DNA from: Octopus vulgaris | Taxonomy: Eukaryota | DNA: 64,000 bases | Direction of reading: 5' to 3' | NCBI GenBank assembly: GCA_951406725.2 | Contig: OX597817.1 | Coordinates: 113,956,001-114,020,000, forward strand | Shown: positions 13,950 through 27,196 of the stretch, in pieces | Layout: every line of letters begins with the position of its first letter | Numbering within the stretch: the stretch's first letter is position 1 | Notes under the pieces: generated by a model | Database searches by the model: none | What the model saw: only the letters and a program-made list of their open reading frames with translations | Told to the model about the DNA's origin: nothing | Translations under genes and position numbers: made by a program

Positions 13950-15080
13950 TCAAAGGTGAACCATATTTTCTTAGCAGATTTAAATTAAAGGTCTGATGAA
14001 CAGAAGATATTGTATGGTTGGTTGATGTGGTTTGAGAATCCTCAATTAAGTAATAATCAGATGATTATATTGGAGAAGGGACAGTAATGATTGTTATAAT
14101 GTAGGAATGAATAACGATATTGTGCTCAGATAATGATTTTATTAATGAACAAAAATATTGCAATAATTCCAGAACGAAATGTAAAATGGTAAACTGTAAT
14201 TCCAATTGTCTGTGAATAAGACTACTAAAAACAAGTGCTGCACGGTGAAAATGAATAAACCCATCAAATGAGTCAATGTAAAGAAAATATCACCTGAGTC
14301 AATAACGTGCCACATGATTGGATGAAGAGGGATCAGCTAAAAGATAAATGATGTGGGAGTAGGAAAACATCATTTGATAGAATTGTGTCACTTGATAGGA
14401 TGAATAAAAATAAAACAATTAATAAACATTGTTTTGCATCAAGACAACTGGGGTTGTTTCAATGATGAGGTAAAGTTTGGGTTTTGAGGCTGGAAAGAAG
14501 TCAAAAATGTTTGGATAGGTAGTATATTTCATGGTCCCACTCATTGGACAACAGTCATGTTGGGGCTTAATCAGAGATTAGTCATTCATATCAGCCCCAA
14601 TGGGGTTCAAACAGGTAAGGAGATTAATTGATTCAGGCAGTTAAAGGTAACAAATGAGTTGATCTTTATGCTTGCAGTATAAGAGAAGCAAGAGAAGAGA
14701 ACTGGGTAAAGTTGTGTACATTGATGTCACCTAGAAAGATGACTTCAGAGAGGTAGATACCTTGTATGTAAGTCAAGAGATAATTGAACAATTATTGATA
14801 GCTGGAGGATGACAGAAATAGCAGGCAAATTTGAAGAAATATGGATAACAGATTTTCAGTAGTCTTTATTGAAAACATTTTGATGAGAAAGATAATTAGT
14901 GACTCCATATATATGCACATCTTTCAGAAATAATAGTGCATAAACTTTGGAGAGAAGAGAGACTGAGATTGAGAAATTTATGTCACAGAAAGGAAATAAT
15001 ATATAGTTTTTGTGTGAGCAGAAGATGGTTTGTGGAATGTTGATTTAAATCCTCAGATTATGGAGTAGATAAAGGAGATA
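13950..15080 (-). mobile_element. Old LINE relic, APE endonuclease region (CR1/L2-like)
   Basis: Minus-strand fragments occur in the expected order: FLSVT*IS, CAYI, EVIFLGDINVHN (about 14710-14745), NCLNQLISLPV*TP, PNIFDFFPASKP. Confidence 0.55.
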
Positions 15081-15440
15081 TGTTTAGTTGATTCTCATTA
15101 AAAAAAAGAAAAAGCTTTGGCATTGTAGTTGCTGATGTTTAGCATTAGGCTAGCTTTAATCAAGCAGACTTGTAATCAAAAACGTTCCAACTCTGACCAT
15201 CCATCCTATCTTTTTATGTGTCAGAGCTTACATTGGCCAATGAATTCATCTTTAGTTAAGCTGGTGTTTTGAAGAAGATTAAGCTGCCTGAGTGACCGTG
15301 TAGAAGCTTCTTAGTTGTAAGAGGAAGTCAAAGCTTAGAAGTAGCATCTAACTACTACATCAATTGCTGTGAGTAGTTTAGCTGGAAGTCAATGAGTTCA
15401 GATAAATACTGCACTTACTGGAGAACAGGATTTGGAATGA

Positions 15441-16642
15441 TAGAAGGTGGGCTGAAAAGTTCATTGACTGACTCTGAAGGAGTGATGCTAGAGTTGTGAA
15501 ATCTTGCATGCACTAAGTTCAACACTTCTTATTAATAACTATTGTTTCTGTTCAAGTAAACTGACATTCGACTGTTCAAATAACACTTCAAAAGTAACTA
15601 GTAGTGACTTCCCTTGAAAATGGAAATAATTTGACATTGTGGTGTTATTAAGTACCTGCAGAAAAAGGGTCTAGCCCCCAAGGACATTCATGGTTGCTCT
15701 ATTAGAGGATGACACTCCAGCTTTATCCACAGTGCAAAAGTGGGCAGCTGAATTTAGGAGGAAAACGGAGTGTCTTGAAGAAGACCCAAGGTCTGGACGT
15801 CCTGCAACTGTTACCAACGAAGAAAACGTTGATTGACTATAAATCAAATAACCAATGCTATTAGCATATACCATGAGAGAGTTGAGAATATTCTGTTCAA
15901 TGAACTTGGTATGATGAAGCTTTCTGCTCGGTGGGCGCTATGTTTTCTGACACCTGATCAAAAGTACACTAGGCTGATCACATCATGGGAATATCTGAAA
16001 TGGTTTGAGGCAGATCCTGCTGGTTTCCTTGAACGTTTCTTAAGTGGCTTCATCACTTTGAGCCAGAGACAAATAGACAATCCATGCAGTGGAAACACCC
16101 CTCCTCACCTGCTCCAAAGAAGACTAAAGTTATTTCATCTGCAGGGAAGGTGATGGTCTCAGTTTTTTGGGATGCAAAAGGCATTGTACTTATTGACTAT
16201 CTTCAAAAGGGCTACAACTTGCTGAGGGAGTTATGAAAGACTATCAAGAACAAACGCCTAGAAAAACTGATGAAAGGTGTCTTGTTTCCCCAGGACAAAG
16301 CTGTAGCACACAAGTTCTTGCTTTCAATGGCTGTGGCTTTGAAGTGATTGATCACCTTCCTTATTCTCCTGATTTGGCCTCATTTGACTATCATCTGTTT
16401 CCCAGCATGTGAAAACACTTGGCTGGGAACCAGTATTGCCGTGACGATGATGTCATATCTGCTTGATGACTCTTTTGACCAACAGAACGAAAGCTTCTTC
16501 ACCAATGTGATCCAAGTGCTGCATCACCAATGGAAGAAGTGTGTGGACTGCAAGTGGGACTATGTTGAAAAATAAATTTCATTTGGTCACATTCCATAAA
16601 ATTATCTTGGTTAGCCTATGAACTTTTCAGCTGACCCATGTA
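15441..16642 (+). mobile_element. Mariner transposon, decayed near-full-length copy
   Basis: TIR cores gctgaaaagttcat / atgaacttttcagc with TA at both ends. Disrupted transposase: VIKYLQKKGL, VQKWAAEFRR...EDPRSGRP, KLSARWAL, FWDAKGIVLIDYL, QDKA..H, HLPYSPDLASFDYHLFP. Confidence 0.9.
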
Positions 16643-19060
16643 CTGCTCGTTAGACAGCAAACTCTTTGGGTGTTGCCTACGTGTTTAATCCATTTTACTC
16701 TTTTTTGATGGGCATTTGATGAGATATTCTTTCTGCAGGTAATCTTTGACAGTCTTTAGCACTACCCAATGAAAAGTACCAAGTGAACTTTGCTAAATCT
16801 TTCTGTAATCAGGAAGGGATCTTAAATTAAGTGGTGTGCAAAGTTATTTTCATTCTCATCCTGAGAGCCTTGTATGTTTATTTTTATACTTGTACTGAAA
16901 AAGATTGTCTTATAAGTAATCATAGTCATATGTGTGTTCTAAGTATGTCTTTTATTTTGACAAGACTAATGTTCTAGAAACTTTTCTTGCAACTGAAGAT
17001 ATCACAGATGAAGTTTTTGTGTAAATGAAAGAAATAGGTTAGCATTATTGCAGAAAATGTAAGATTATGTTAGGAAACAGTATTTACAAACAAAAATTCT
17101 AAGGAATTGTGTGAAATTTAAAGATTTTTTTTTGCATGTAGGTATTTGAGACCTTCTATATTGACAATAATCACTCAGAGAAACAAAGCATCAATAAACA
17201 TTGGTAAGATTTGGTGGCTCTTGATTTTTTTTATAGTTTCTATATTTAACAGGGACCATTTTCATGAACTTTTTCAAAAGAAATGTGTCTGGTTTTTAAT
17301 ACAATTCCATTTATGTCTAGAATGCTTGACTGCAGGTATTAAATTGACCTGTGTACTATTAGACTGATTTCATTGAGAGAATGAAATGTAAGTTTGACCT
17401 CGACAGAATTTGAACACAGAATGTGAAGAACCATTACTAAAAATAAAGATCTTTTTATCCAATGCTTTAATAATTCTAATCCCAACTGATTAGAGTCATT
17501 GATTTTATTACTGCATAATGTAATGATCACACTACATTACATTATGTCAAGAGAACATGTTTTTGAAGAAGCTATACAAAGACCAAAGCACTGTTTCTCA
17601 TACTGGGAAAGGGCTGTAGAAGAAGGGAAGGGGTCTGTTAAGATTGATAAAATGGTTAACAAATTGCCATAGTTAATAAAATCAAAATGATTTTCAACTT
17701 GTTCAATACCATGGTGAAGGAAAAGAGAATTAGACAAATGAAAACTTTTTGTTTTTTCAAGTATAGAAAAGGGAAAAAACATTTCACTAATATATTTTAT
17801 TGTGAATATTTGCCAATATGAGAATCTGAGGGCTAAACTACTATTACAGACATTGAGCTGTGTTGTGTTATTTCTTAACTTCTGGTTAGCACTGACTGAG
17901 CAGAAGTATAGTCAAAATGACCACATTTCCTTTCCTCAAGTATATTGACTCAAAGACTACATTATACAATAAGTTCATTTATAAAACAGTAGGATGTTAT
18001 TTGAGTGAGATTTCGCTACCACCTTTACAGGTATAACCATGTAGATTTCTTTGAATGCTTATCGTGTGTAGTTGAGTAAGGTACATAACTCTGTTTATAC
18101 CAGTCTTATTTCCTTCTATCTCGTATCCAAGTAAATTAATAGCAAAGCAGCCAGCTTTAAAAAAGCTGACCACACAATATATCCGGTTGTTATATTTGGC
18201 TGTAATATAGTAAGAAGAAGAAAATATCAAAATGAGCAAAAATAGTGTTGTTTATGTTCATACTTGACTTAGTTTCTCCGTCAAAAATTCCTTGAGAAAA
18301 CCCATCCAAGGGACGTAACCATGAATCTTACTAAATAGAAGAAACATTTTTTAGAAGACTTTCGAAGCCACAACAGTAATTTCAAAACATTAGATGGTCG
18401 TTAAGCTGAGTATCGAAGTTCACCAACGTTATCCAAACGGTACACATAAAACTGTTTTGCATCAAACTAGAAATCACCTAAAACAGTTGCGACCACATGT
18501 AAACATGCAATCTTATCTCATAACAATGACTAATGTACAAATGCTTAGTAACTTTTTTTTTTTAGCTTAAATTCTGCCAGGAATTACTTTCCCTTTCATG
18601 CTTTCAGGGCCGATAAAATAAGTACCTGTTGAATACAGTAGTAGATGAAATCGATATGCATTTCCCCACCAAATTTCGGACCCCCTGTGCCTATAGTAGA
18701 AAGAATTATACAATAAATGTAACACCATTAAAGAACTAAAGTAAATCGATTAAATTTGAAGGAAAATAAAATAACACTAAAATAGCATTTTTACCAACAG
18801 TGTAAATATGGTAAAAAATGAAAAAATTCCGTTCAGTCAGCATTGTCAAGTTGTTAATCTGAAACACAATTCGTAGTTAATTTTGTGAATCAGGTTAACT
18901 GAAGATTAGTTTTGTTTCTGAAAAAATATTTTAGAAAATTCAGTCTTGTGAATGTAAAATAATTCATCTTTTATCTAAGGTGTGACTATTTTAATAGAGA
19001 GAAATAAACACACACATACGTGTGTGTGTGTGTATATATGTGTGCATATATATATATATG

Positions 19061-20226
19061 AATGGTTAGTGAGAGCCATGCAAGCCATGTACAGGGACGT
19101 TGTCAGTAAGGTGAGGGTTGGCAACGAGTACAGTGAAGAATTCCGGGTAGAGGTAGGGGGTCCACCAAGGTTCAGTCCTCAGCCCCCTCCTATTTATCAT
19201 AGTCCTCCAGGCAATAACGAAGGAATTCAAGACAGGATGCCCTTGGGAGTTCCTCTATGCTGATGACCTTGCCCTAATTGCTGAGTCACTATCAGAACTA
19301 GAGGAGAAGTTTCAAGTATGGAAACAAGGATTAGAATCGAAGGACCTTAGAGTCAACCTAGCTAAAACCAAAGTCCTAATAAGTAGGAAGGCGTAGGTAG
19401 AAACTCTATAAGATGTACCCAGTGTAAGCTAGGGACACATAAGAGGTGCAGCAATATCAAAGGAAGGCTAACTGGGAAGATAGTTTTTGTATGTGGCAGA
19501 TGCTCGGGAGCTATAAATAACACTGAAAATGTGCAGAGAACAACTTCCACAACATTCCAGGGAGGAAAACTAGAAGTAGTTGAAAGCTTCCGTTACCTAT
19601 GTGACCAAGTCAGTAGCAGGTGAGAGTGTGCTGAAAGTGTAGCTGCTAGAATAAGAATAGCCTGGGCGAAGTTCAGAGAGCTCTTACCTCTGCTGGTGAC
19701 AAAGGGCCTCTCGCTCAGAGTAAAAGGCAGACTATATGAAGCATGTGTACGAACAGCCATGCCACATGGCAGTGAAACATGGGCCGTGACAGCTGAGGAC
19801 ATGTGTAAGCTCGCAAGCAATGAAGCCAGCATGCTCCGATGGATGTGTAATGTCAGTGTACATACTCGACAGAGTGTTAGTGCCTTGAGAGAAAGTTTGG
19901 ACCTCAGAAGCATCAGATGTGGTGTGCAAGAGAGACGATTGCACTGGTATGGTCATGTGGCAAGAATGGATGTGGATAGGTGTGTGAAAAAGTGCCACAC
20001 CCTAGCAGTTGAGGGAACTTGTGGAAGAGGTAGACCCAGGAAGACCTGGGATGTGGTGGTGAAGCATGACACGTAAAAGCATGGCACGTAAAAGCACCCA
20101 CTACACTCTCGGAGTGGTTGGCATTAGGAAGGGCATCCAGCTGTAGAAACTCTGCCAGATCAGATTGGAGTCTGGTGCAGCCATATGGTTTGCCAGACCT
20201 CAGTCAAATCGTCCAACCCATGTTAG
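19061..20226 (+). mobile_element. RTE-clade LINE, 5'-truncated and frameshifted
   Basis: HQGSVLSPLLFII, LLYADDLALIAES (about 19253), and C-terminus KGRLYEACVRTAMPHGSETW...RRLHWYGHVARM...GRGRPRKTW, followed by the family 3' tail. Confidence 0.9.
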
Positions 20227-21249
20227 ATATATATATCTTTTGCGGACATGTTGGGACATCACCTTGAATAATTTTAGTCAAGTGAATCAACCCCAGTACT
20301 TATTTTTTTAAAGCCTGGAACTTATTCTAGCAATCTCTGTTGGAAACTGCTAAGTTGCAGGATGTAAAGACCCCAACACTGGTCGTCAAGCTGTGGTAGT
20401 AGACACACACACATATATTTATCAATGAAATTCCAACATAGTCTGATTTTCACATGTTATTATTTACAATGTTACAATATTATAAAAATAGAATATCATA
20501 AATTGTAATAAGCTTTTAAGTCCTTTCATGACATCTAAGGATCATGGATTCAAGTCCATCTGCAGACAAAGAACCATATTTTTTATAAGTGTAGGTGTGG
20601 CACTGTGGTAAGAAGTTTGCTTTCCAGCCACTTGGTTCTAGGTTCAGTCTCACTGCATGGCACCCTGGACAACTACCTTCTACTATAGCTTCACTTAGCA
20701 TGGCAGCAACTTCAATAGTCATATTGGAAAACATTCCAATGGTTTTCAAGTGCATAGAAGCTATGACTTTGGCTTCAAAAATGAGGAGGGAACAAGGCTT
20801 CTGGAATTCTATGATGCAAATGATTTAATGGTTTCCAACAACAACTTCATGAAACTTGCTTGCCATCTTGAACCCTAATCCTACCATATTAAGTGAAAAG
20901 TAAACAAAATATAAAAGAAACAGGAGAAAAAAACGGGTACATCATTTAGGCACAGGCATGCCTGTGGTAAGAAGCTTGCTTCCCAGCCATGTGGCTCCAG
21001 GTTCAGTCCCACTGCACCAATAAAATAAGTACTAGGCTTACAAAGAATAAGTTTTGGGGTCGATTTGTTCAACTAAAGGTGGTGCTCCAGCATGGCCGCA
21101 GTCAAATTACTGAAACAAATAAAAGGATAAATACTTTTCAGATGGTGTATCTTATAATTGTATTGGAAAGCGTGGTGGAAAATTTTTTTCATAGAAAGTG
21201 GTCATGGTAATCGGGTGTATGTGATGGCCTGGATAAAGAAGGTTTCCAC

Positions 21250-21738
21250 TATGTCACAAGTGTTGCTTTGCGACAACACCCATGATTTGTTGATCATCTC
21301 TCCTACTGACATTGTTTTGATGCCCAGCATCTGCTGCATATATACAGATATATGGTTGGGGAAACTGGTCAAAAAGATAGCTTCACCATCTGCTCCATCG
21401 CTATTCCAGTAAATCCTGCTAGGGCCACTAACCTCTTAATCTTGCTCTCACAGTCATCTATCTACTTCCCAGTCCATCTCACTCTCATGAGCTTGCTGTA
21501 AGCTTTAAAAGCGTCCTTCAGCCACTCTTCAATGTTTTCTGCTTTCTCTTGATCTGCCTCATCCATCTCCAAGGTAGAGATTGAGTATACTGCCTTCTAA
21601 GTACAAAGGCATAAGGCAAACCACATCTGTTCTCTGCAGCTTCACCATGAGTCTCACCTTCTTTATCCAGGCCATCACATTGCCTTCCCCAGTGAATGGT
21701 CTTAACACATCACTACCAATTCTGATTTTTGTGGCCAT
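21250..21738 (-). mobile_element. Gypsy-type LTR retrotransposon gag relic
   Basis: MATKIRIGSDVLRPFTGEGNVMAWIKKVRLMVKLQ...LMPLYLEG..YLEMDEADQEKAENIEEWLKDAF..YSKLMRVRWTG...IKRLVALAGF; frameshifted, with no pol or LTR pair recognised. Confidence 0.7.
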
Positions 21739-22077
21739 TACATAAAATACAAAACAAAAAAAAAAACGAAGAAGAGCAACAGAAAATTATTAAAAAATCC
21801 ACTTCTCGGACATATCCTCACAGCTGGTAACAACATGCCAAAATAGCTTGTGGTTTGAAGGCATGTAAAGTTGCTCTTACTTTGACTTGCAGTAGGGTAT
21901 TGCCGATAGATTGTTCAATCCTTAGCACGTGTTGTCATGACCTCTCTATTGCTATGTCTTTCCTCTGTTGCAGATAGCATGAAAAAGAGGGAATCTTTTC
22001 TTCTTACTTGCTGACATGACATCATCTCTCCCCACTTCTGGTCTTCCTTCCACCACAAAAATGATTATGCTAGGAGA

Positions 22078-23324
22078 CATTTGGACAGAATTCTTGTTCA
22101 AGCACCCCATATAACCCTTATCTTTTTATCTTTTACATGTTTCAGTCATTAAACAGTGGCCATGTTGGGGCACCACCTTGAGGAATTTTAGTCAAGTGAA
22201 TTGACCCTTGTAATTAAGTTTTGTAAAGTCTGGTACTTATTCTATTAACCACTTTTGCTGAACTGCTAAGTTACAGGGATGCAAGTACACCAACATCGGT
22301 TGTCAAGTGGTGGCGGGGGCATACACGGACACAAACATATATAAATATATATATACGATGGTCTTCCTTCAGTTTCCGTCTACCAAATCTACCCACAAGG
22401 CTTTGGTTGGCCCAAGGCTATAGTAGAAAGCGACTGAACCTAGAATCATGTGGTGGGACTGAACCCACAACTGCTGAACCTGGAACCATGTGGTTGGGAA
22501 GCAAACTTCTTACCACACAGAAAATTCATTCGATTATGAAAAAAAAATAAGAAAAATTTTTGTAATGTAAGGGCAATTTAGCTGGATAGATTCCTCGTTT
22601 CTTTATCACTCTGACATGTATTGATGTTTTTCAATATTTTTGGCCACACAAACACATTTAATGATCCATTGATGGGATTTAAGCAAAACATTTGAACTGT
22701 CAGTATTTTAAACAGTTTTAAAAAGAAGATTTGAGAAAGAGTGGAACTTTTAGGATTTGTGAGGTGTTTTAAAAAAACTGAAAAAATATATGTATATATT
22801 TTGGTCAATGTTTATATTTTGACCCAGAAATGACCCCCCCCCACCCAAATACTGGAATGGGTGTAAAACAATGTGTAGGAAACGAATATAAAAAAAATGC
22901 TCGCAAAGCAACGGGAAGGGTGCAAAGAGGACTTCGGAAAATTCACAAAATCCTAGTTTTCCCTCATAACTTTTAGGAAAATGGGTTTTTTTTTTCAATG
23001 AAATTTTATAGAAATACTTTTCAAACGGCATACATTACGATTATAAAGTAATTTGTGGGGAAAATCTTTTCCGAATGGTGGGGAGAGGACTTCAGAAAAC
23101 TCATAAGATCCAAGTTTTCCCTCATAACTGTAAATATGTGTGTGTGTATGTGTGTATATGTATGTGTATATATGTGTGTGTATATATATGTGTATATGTG
23201 CGTGTATTTATGTGTGTGTGCGTATATATATGTGTGTATATATATATGTGTGTGTGTATATATATATATATATGTATATATGTATATATATATATATATG
23301 TATGTATATATATATATATATGTG

Positions 23325-23359
<35 letters not shown>

Positions 23360-23852
23360 GTATGTATATATATATATATGTATATATCTATAGATAGACA
23401 GATAGAGAGAGAGAGAGATTAAAGGGTATCTGTAGAAAGTTGAATGAGATTTCGGAATATAACGAGGAAAAAGTCGGATCTTGTGAATTTTCCGAAAGTC
23501 CTCAACCCACCTCAAGATTTTCCCTACAAATAACTTTATAGTCATAATGTTTTCAGGGAAAAACTCGGATTTTGTGAATTTTACGAAGTCCTCTCCCCAC
23601 TCCCTTGGAAAAGATTTTCCCCACAAATTTCTTGATAATAGTAATGTATGCCGTTTGAAAAGTATTTCTATAAAATGTCATTGAAAAAAGCCCCATTTCC
23701 TAAAAGTTATGAGGGAAAAGCTGTGGCTGTGTGGTAAGTAGCTTCCTTACTAACCACATGGTTCCGAGTTCAGTCCCATTGCGTGACACCTTGGGCAAGT
23801 GTCTTCTACTACTTTGTGAGTGGATTTGGTAGACGGAAACTGAAAGCTCGTC

Positions 23853-23924
<72 letters not shown>

Positions 23925-24390
23925 GTTTGTGTGTCTGTCCCCCCATCATCGCTTGACAACCGATGCTGGTGTGTTTTCGTCCCTGTAACGTAGCAGTTCG
24001 GCAAAACAGACCGATAGAATAAGTACTAGGCTTACAAAGAATAAGTTCTGGGGTCGATCTGCTCGACTAAAGGTGGTGCTCCAGCATGGCCAGTCAAATG
24101 ACTGAAACAAGTAAAGAGTATCTTGTGAATTTTCCGAAGTCCTCTCCCCACCCTTTTGCGCGAATTTTTTTTTTCATATTCGTTACCTACGCATTGTTTT
24201 ACACCCATTCCAATATTTTTTGAGGGGATTTTCATTTCCGGGTCAAGATGTAAATATTAACCAAAATTTTCATAATCGTATAAATTCTTATGTGTAGAAC
24301 ACAAATTAACAAAAATTTTCTGAAAATTCCACATAGTAAAAACGTTATGAGGGGTTATATGGGATGCTTAAATCAGAATTCCACCGACAT
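22078..24390. mobile_element. Large foldback/palindromic element with internal subrepeats, central (TA)-rich microsatellite and a SINE in each arm
   Basis: Ends gaattc.tg.t.aagca.cccatataacccc are inverted; 22800-23130 is the reverse complement of 23470-23720 plus 24121-24270. Confidence 0.75.
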
Positions 24391-24670
24391 TTATTTTTAT
24401 GGTATTTTGACAACTTTTTTGTTATGAATTTCGATTTCCGATCGTCATTATAATCACTAGGTGATGTGACAGATGTTTTGGCTTTCGACACACACACAAG
24501 TTATCAAGTAACGAAGCAACAGAAGCAAAATTTCAAATAAAATAAAATAAAATAAATCCGATAAAGTTGTTTAAATGTATTGGGATAAGTTACTCGTCAC
24601 AAGTGATTACTAGGATTATTTAAAGAACATGACTTTTTAAAAAATAAAACACAAAGAAATTATATTTTAG

Positions 24671-25184
24671 AAGGTTAAACAGGTTATTGCAACGTTCATA
24701 CTTTTCCCGAAGACCATCAAAAATGTAAACAGACTTAATTCAACAGACATCGAAACCAATTTTCGGATACAGTTCGTTGTGTATTGGCTTGAGTTTGATA
24801 TCACAACAGTATTTACGACAATATAAAACGTGCAGATAGGTAAGGAGGAAATAAACGTAAGATAAATCAAAGGGTTCCAGATGTATTAATTCTGTGTATA
24901 AATATATTCACTCACTCAACTATTTCCGTTAAGAAGGAAACAGACATCCACTTGCACTTTAACAGAATTGAGGCCTCTTATATCATCAATGTATTATCAA
25001 AAATTGATGTTTCATCGTTTAAAAAATCCTGGAATAAATTTTAGAGCATATAAGCAATTTTAAACAATTTATAAAATCCATATTTCCTTTTTTCTTTTTT
25101 TCTTTCATTTGCTTTCCATTGACTACAGAGGCAAATAAAAATTGTTTATAATTTGTTTACGACTTAAGGGTTGTTAATCAGCGG
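24671..25184 (+). promoter_or_regulatory. Putative PDSS2 5' region: non-coding exon ending at 24839, intron 24840-25128, then 5'UTR
   Basis: AG|GTAAGG donor at 24840; long polypyrimidine tract plus CAG ending 25128, 56 nt before the ATG; CpG is visibly more frequent over about 24400-26400 than in flanking DNA. Confidence 0.5.
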
Positions 25185-25516
25185 ATGACCTTCCAGTCCA
25201 CACGTGTTTTTCTTGTTGACAACATGAACAGTTTGGTTTCTAAGTTTAAGCCGGTCATTCCTTCTAAATGGCACCACCTTACATTACTATGTCCAGCTCA
25301 AAGAAGTAGAATTATCCTGGTGAATAGAATGATTTCTTCCTGGCGTTCAAATTCCAATTCTGATTGGAAGAAAGCTGTGTCTGAAGCTGAAAAGGTGGTT
25401 GGATACCCTACCTCGTTTTTAAGTCTCAGGTACCTTCTGAGCGATGAACTGTCTAATGTTGCCCTTCAGATGAGAAAATTAGTCGGAACTCGTCACCCGT
25501 TGTTAAAGACAGCCAA
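25185..25516 (+). CDS. PDSS2: Decaprenyl-diphosphate synthase subunit 2, first coding exon
   Basis: Translates to ...[52 protein letters not shown], the conserved N-terminal block of metazoan PDSS2, after a basic/Ser-rich presequence-like leader. Ends AA|GTGAGT (phase 2 donor at 25517). Confidence 0.93.
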
Positions 25517-26898
25517 GTGAGTTCTATATCAGCTCTGTTAACTGTCATAATCTATTTAGGCTTCTCTTTCAGAATGTCTTACCTTTTTTTAGTGTTCTTT
25601 ACAACTCTATCTCTCTTTACCCTGTCATGTAAAATAAAGCTAAACAATTTCTCGCTGCTAAAGTGTTTTAAAATTAGTCGTTAATTTAATTTAGTGAAAA
25701 ACGTGAGTATAATGGATTTTATCAATTACATAAGATCCGGTATCCACGGAAACCGATGATGGTCTACATTCACAAAAGTTAACTTTAATATGTCCACTGT
25801 ATGGAAAAAACAAAAAATACAGTGAGATTATGCGAAGCGTGAAATATCCCACGTTGCGGCGCTTGTTTTTATTCGGAGAGACACAAAGTTCACTATTTAG
25901 TTACGTTCTTCTTAGTCTTAAGTTCAAAAGCCGCGCTTCTTCGCTTACTCATCGCCATCGTATGTCATTTGTTTTGGTCTTTTGACATTCCTCAAAATAG
26001 ACTTTCATTTTTCCCCATACAATATTTTAGTGTGTAAGAAAAAAAGATCTTTCCAAACTTTGACATTGTTTTATTATGCAATGTGGTCTAATAACGAAGA
26101 AGCACCTCAAAAACTACTGTCACTATCAGCAAACCCTTTAGTTATGTCTAGCACGAAGACATTGGTCCTAAGATGTTCGCCGGGTTCCATCTGTTTCTTC
26201 TTTTTCTTTGTTTTTGTTTGATAGTACCAATTTTGCCAGGTCACTCTTTTGCAGTATGCGTTGTTGGGGATGTTTCCGTCTCATAAACTCTACCGATCTT
26301 TAAGGATCGGTTACATAATCCATTCTGCGAATCAGTGATATGACCATTCAATAACATACATCCTAGGCGATATCATCCTTTGCCGATGATACCGCCTTCT
26401 GTTTTTTTCGTAATTATGAACCTTCTATGTGATTGATCAATCCACAATAGATTGACCAAATCTCCCTCAAATCATACTTTAATATTTAGGAAAAATGATA
26501 TTGAATAATGTGGTCCTAGGTTCCTTGCACATAGAAGAAAGATGGGTTGGAATGCTTTTAATAATAGGTAACATAGGACTAAAGAACAACAATAAGAACA
26601 TCTCCCTCTTGTTCTGTAATCCCTTATCATTGCTTCAAACGGTTTGTTAACTCTCTCTTGTTTATACTAACTTTGAAACTGTAAGCTTTTCATTGTCTGT
26701 ACCTTAACCCACCCAATGTACGAGTCTTTCTTCTCATCTTGCTACTGTTTCTCATTCCCTATATTCTTTATTAAATGATTTATCTTCTTATTCTAGGAAA
26801 AAGCTATAACTCCTCTCACCTTGTACACACGTTTTTGTTATGTAGTCCCAAATCTGAGAGAGCAGATGAGTGGAAGATGGGTGGTTGACTGAACTATT

Positions 26899-27196
26899 TG
26901 TTCCTTCTCAAGCCATGCCTGGCTCATAAGGGCTGGTTTCCCGGTTTCCTTGGCGTATAAGTTCCCCACCTGGACGGGACACTGGTCTGTTGCAGGCGAG
27001 CTGCATGATGCAGGAGGAAAGAGTGAGAGAAAGTTGTAGCAAAAGAATCAGCAGAAGTTCGCCATTACCTTCTACCAGAGCAACATGGAGCTTAGGTGTT
27101 TCACTCGTAAACACACACATCACCCGGTCTGAGATTCGAACCTGCGATCCCTCAACCGTAAGTCTGCTGCTCTAACCACTAGGCTTTGTGCCTCCA
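26899..27196 (-). mobile_element. tRNA-derived V-type SINE with 13-bp target-site duplication
   Basis: A-box-like cctagtggttag and B box ggttcgaatc, plus a V-domain-like gaccagtgtcccgtccagg; tgactgaactatt is duplicated at 26886-26898 and 27197-27209. Confidence 0.85.

Noticed and set aside
2230-14175. Identical 20-mer tattgcaataattccagaac at 2230-2249 and 14156-14175
   Set aside because: AT-rich and short enough that chance cannot be excluded; at most a weak fourth templated-copy case.
26290-26400. SSFADDT RT-like peptide
   Set aside because: Probably a tiny LINE scrap, too short to classify or delimit.
27130-27196. tRNA-like sequence with A and B boxes
   Set aside because: It is the head of a TSD-flanked SINE, not a tRNA gene.
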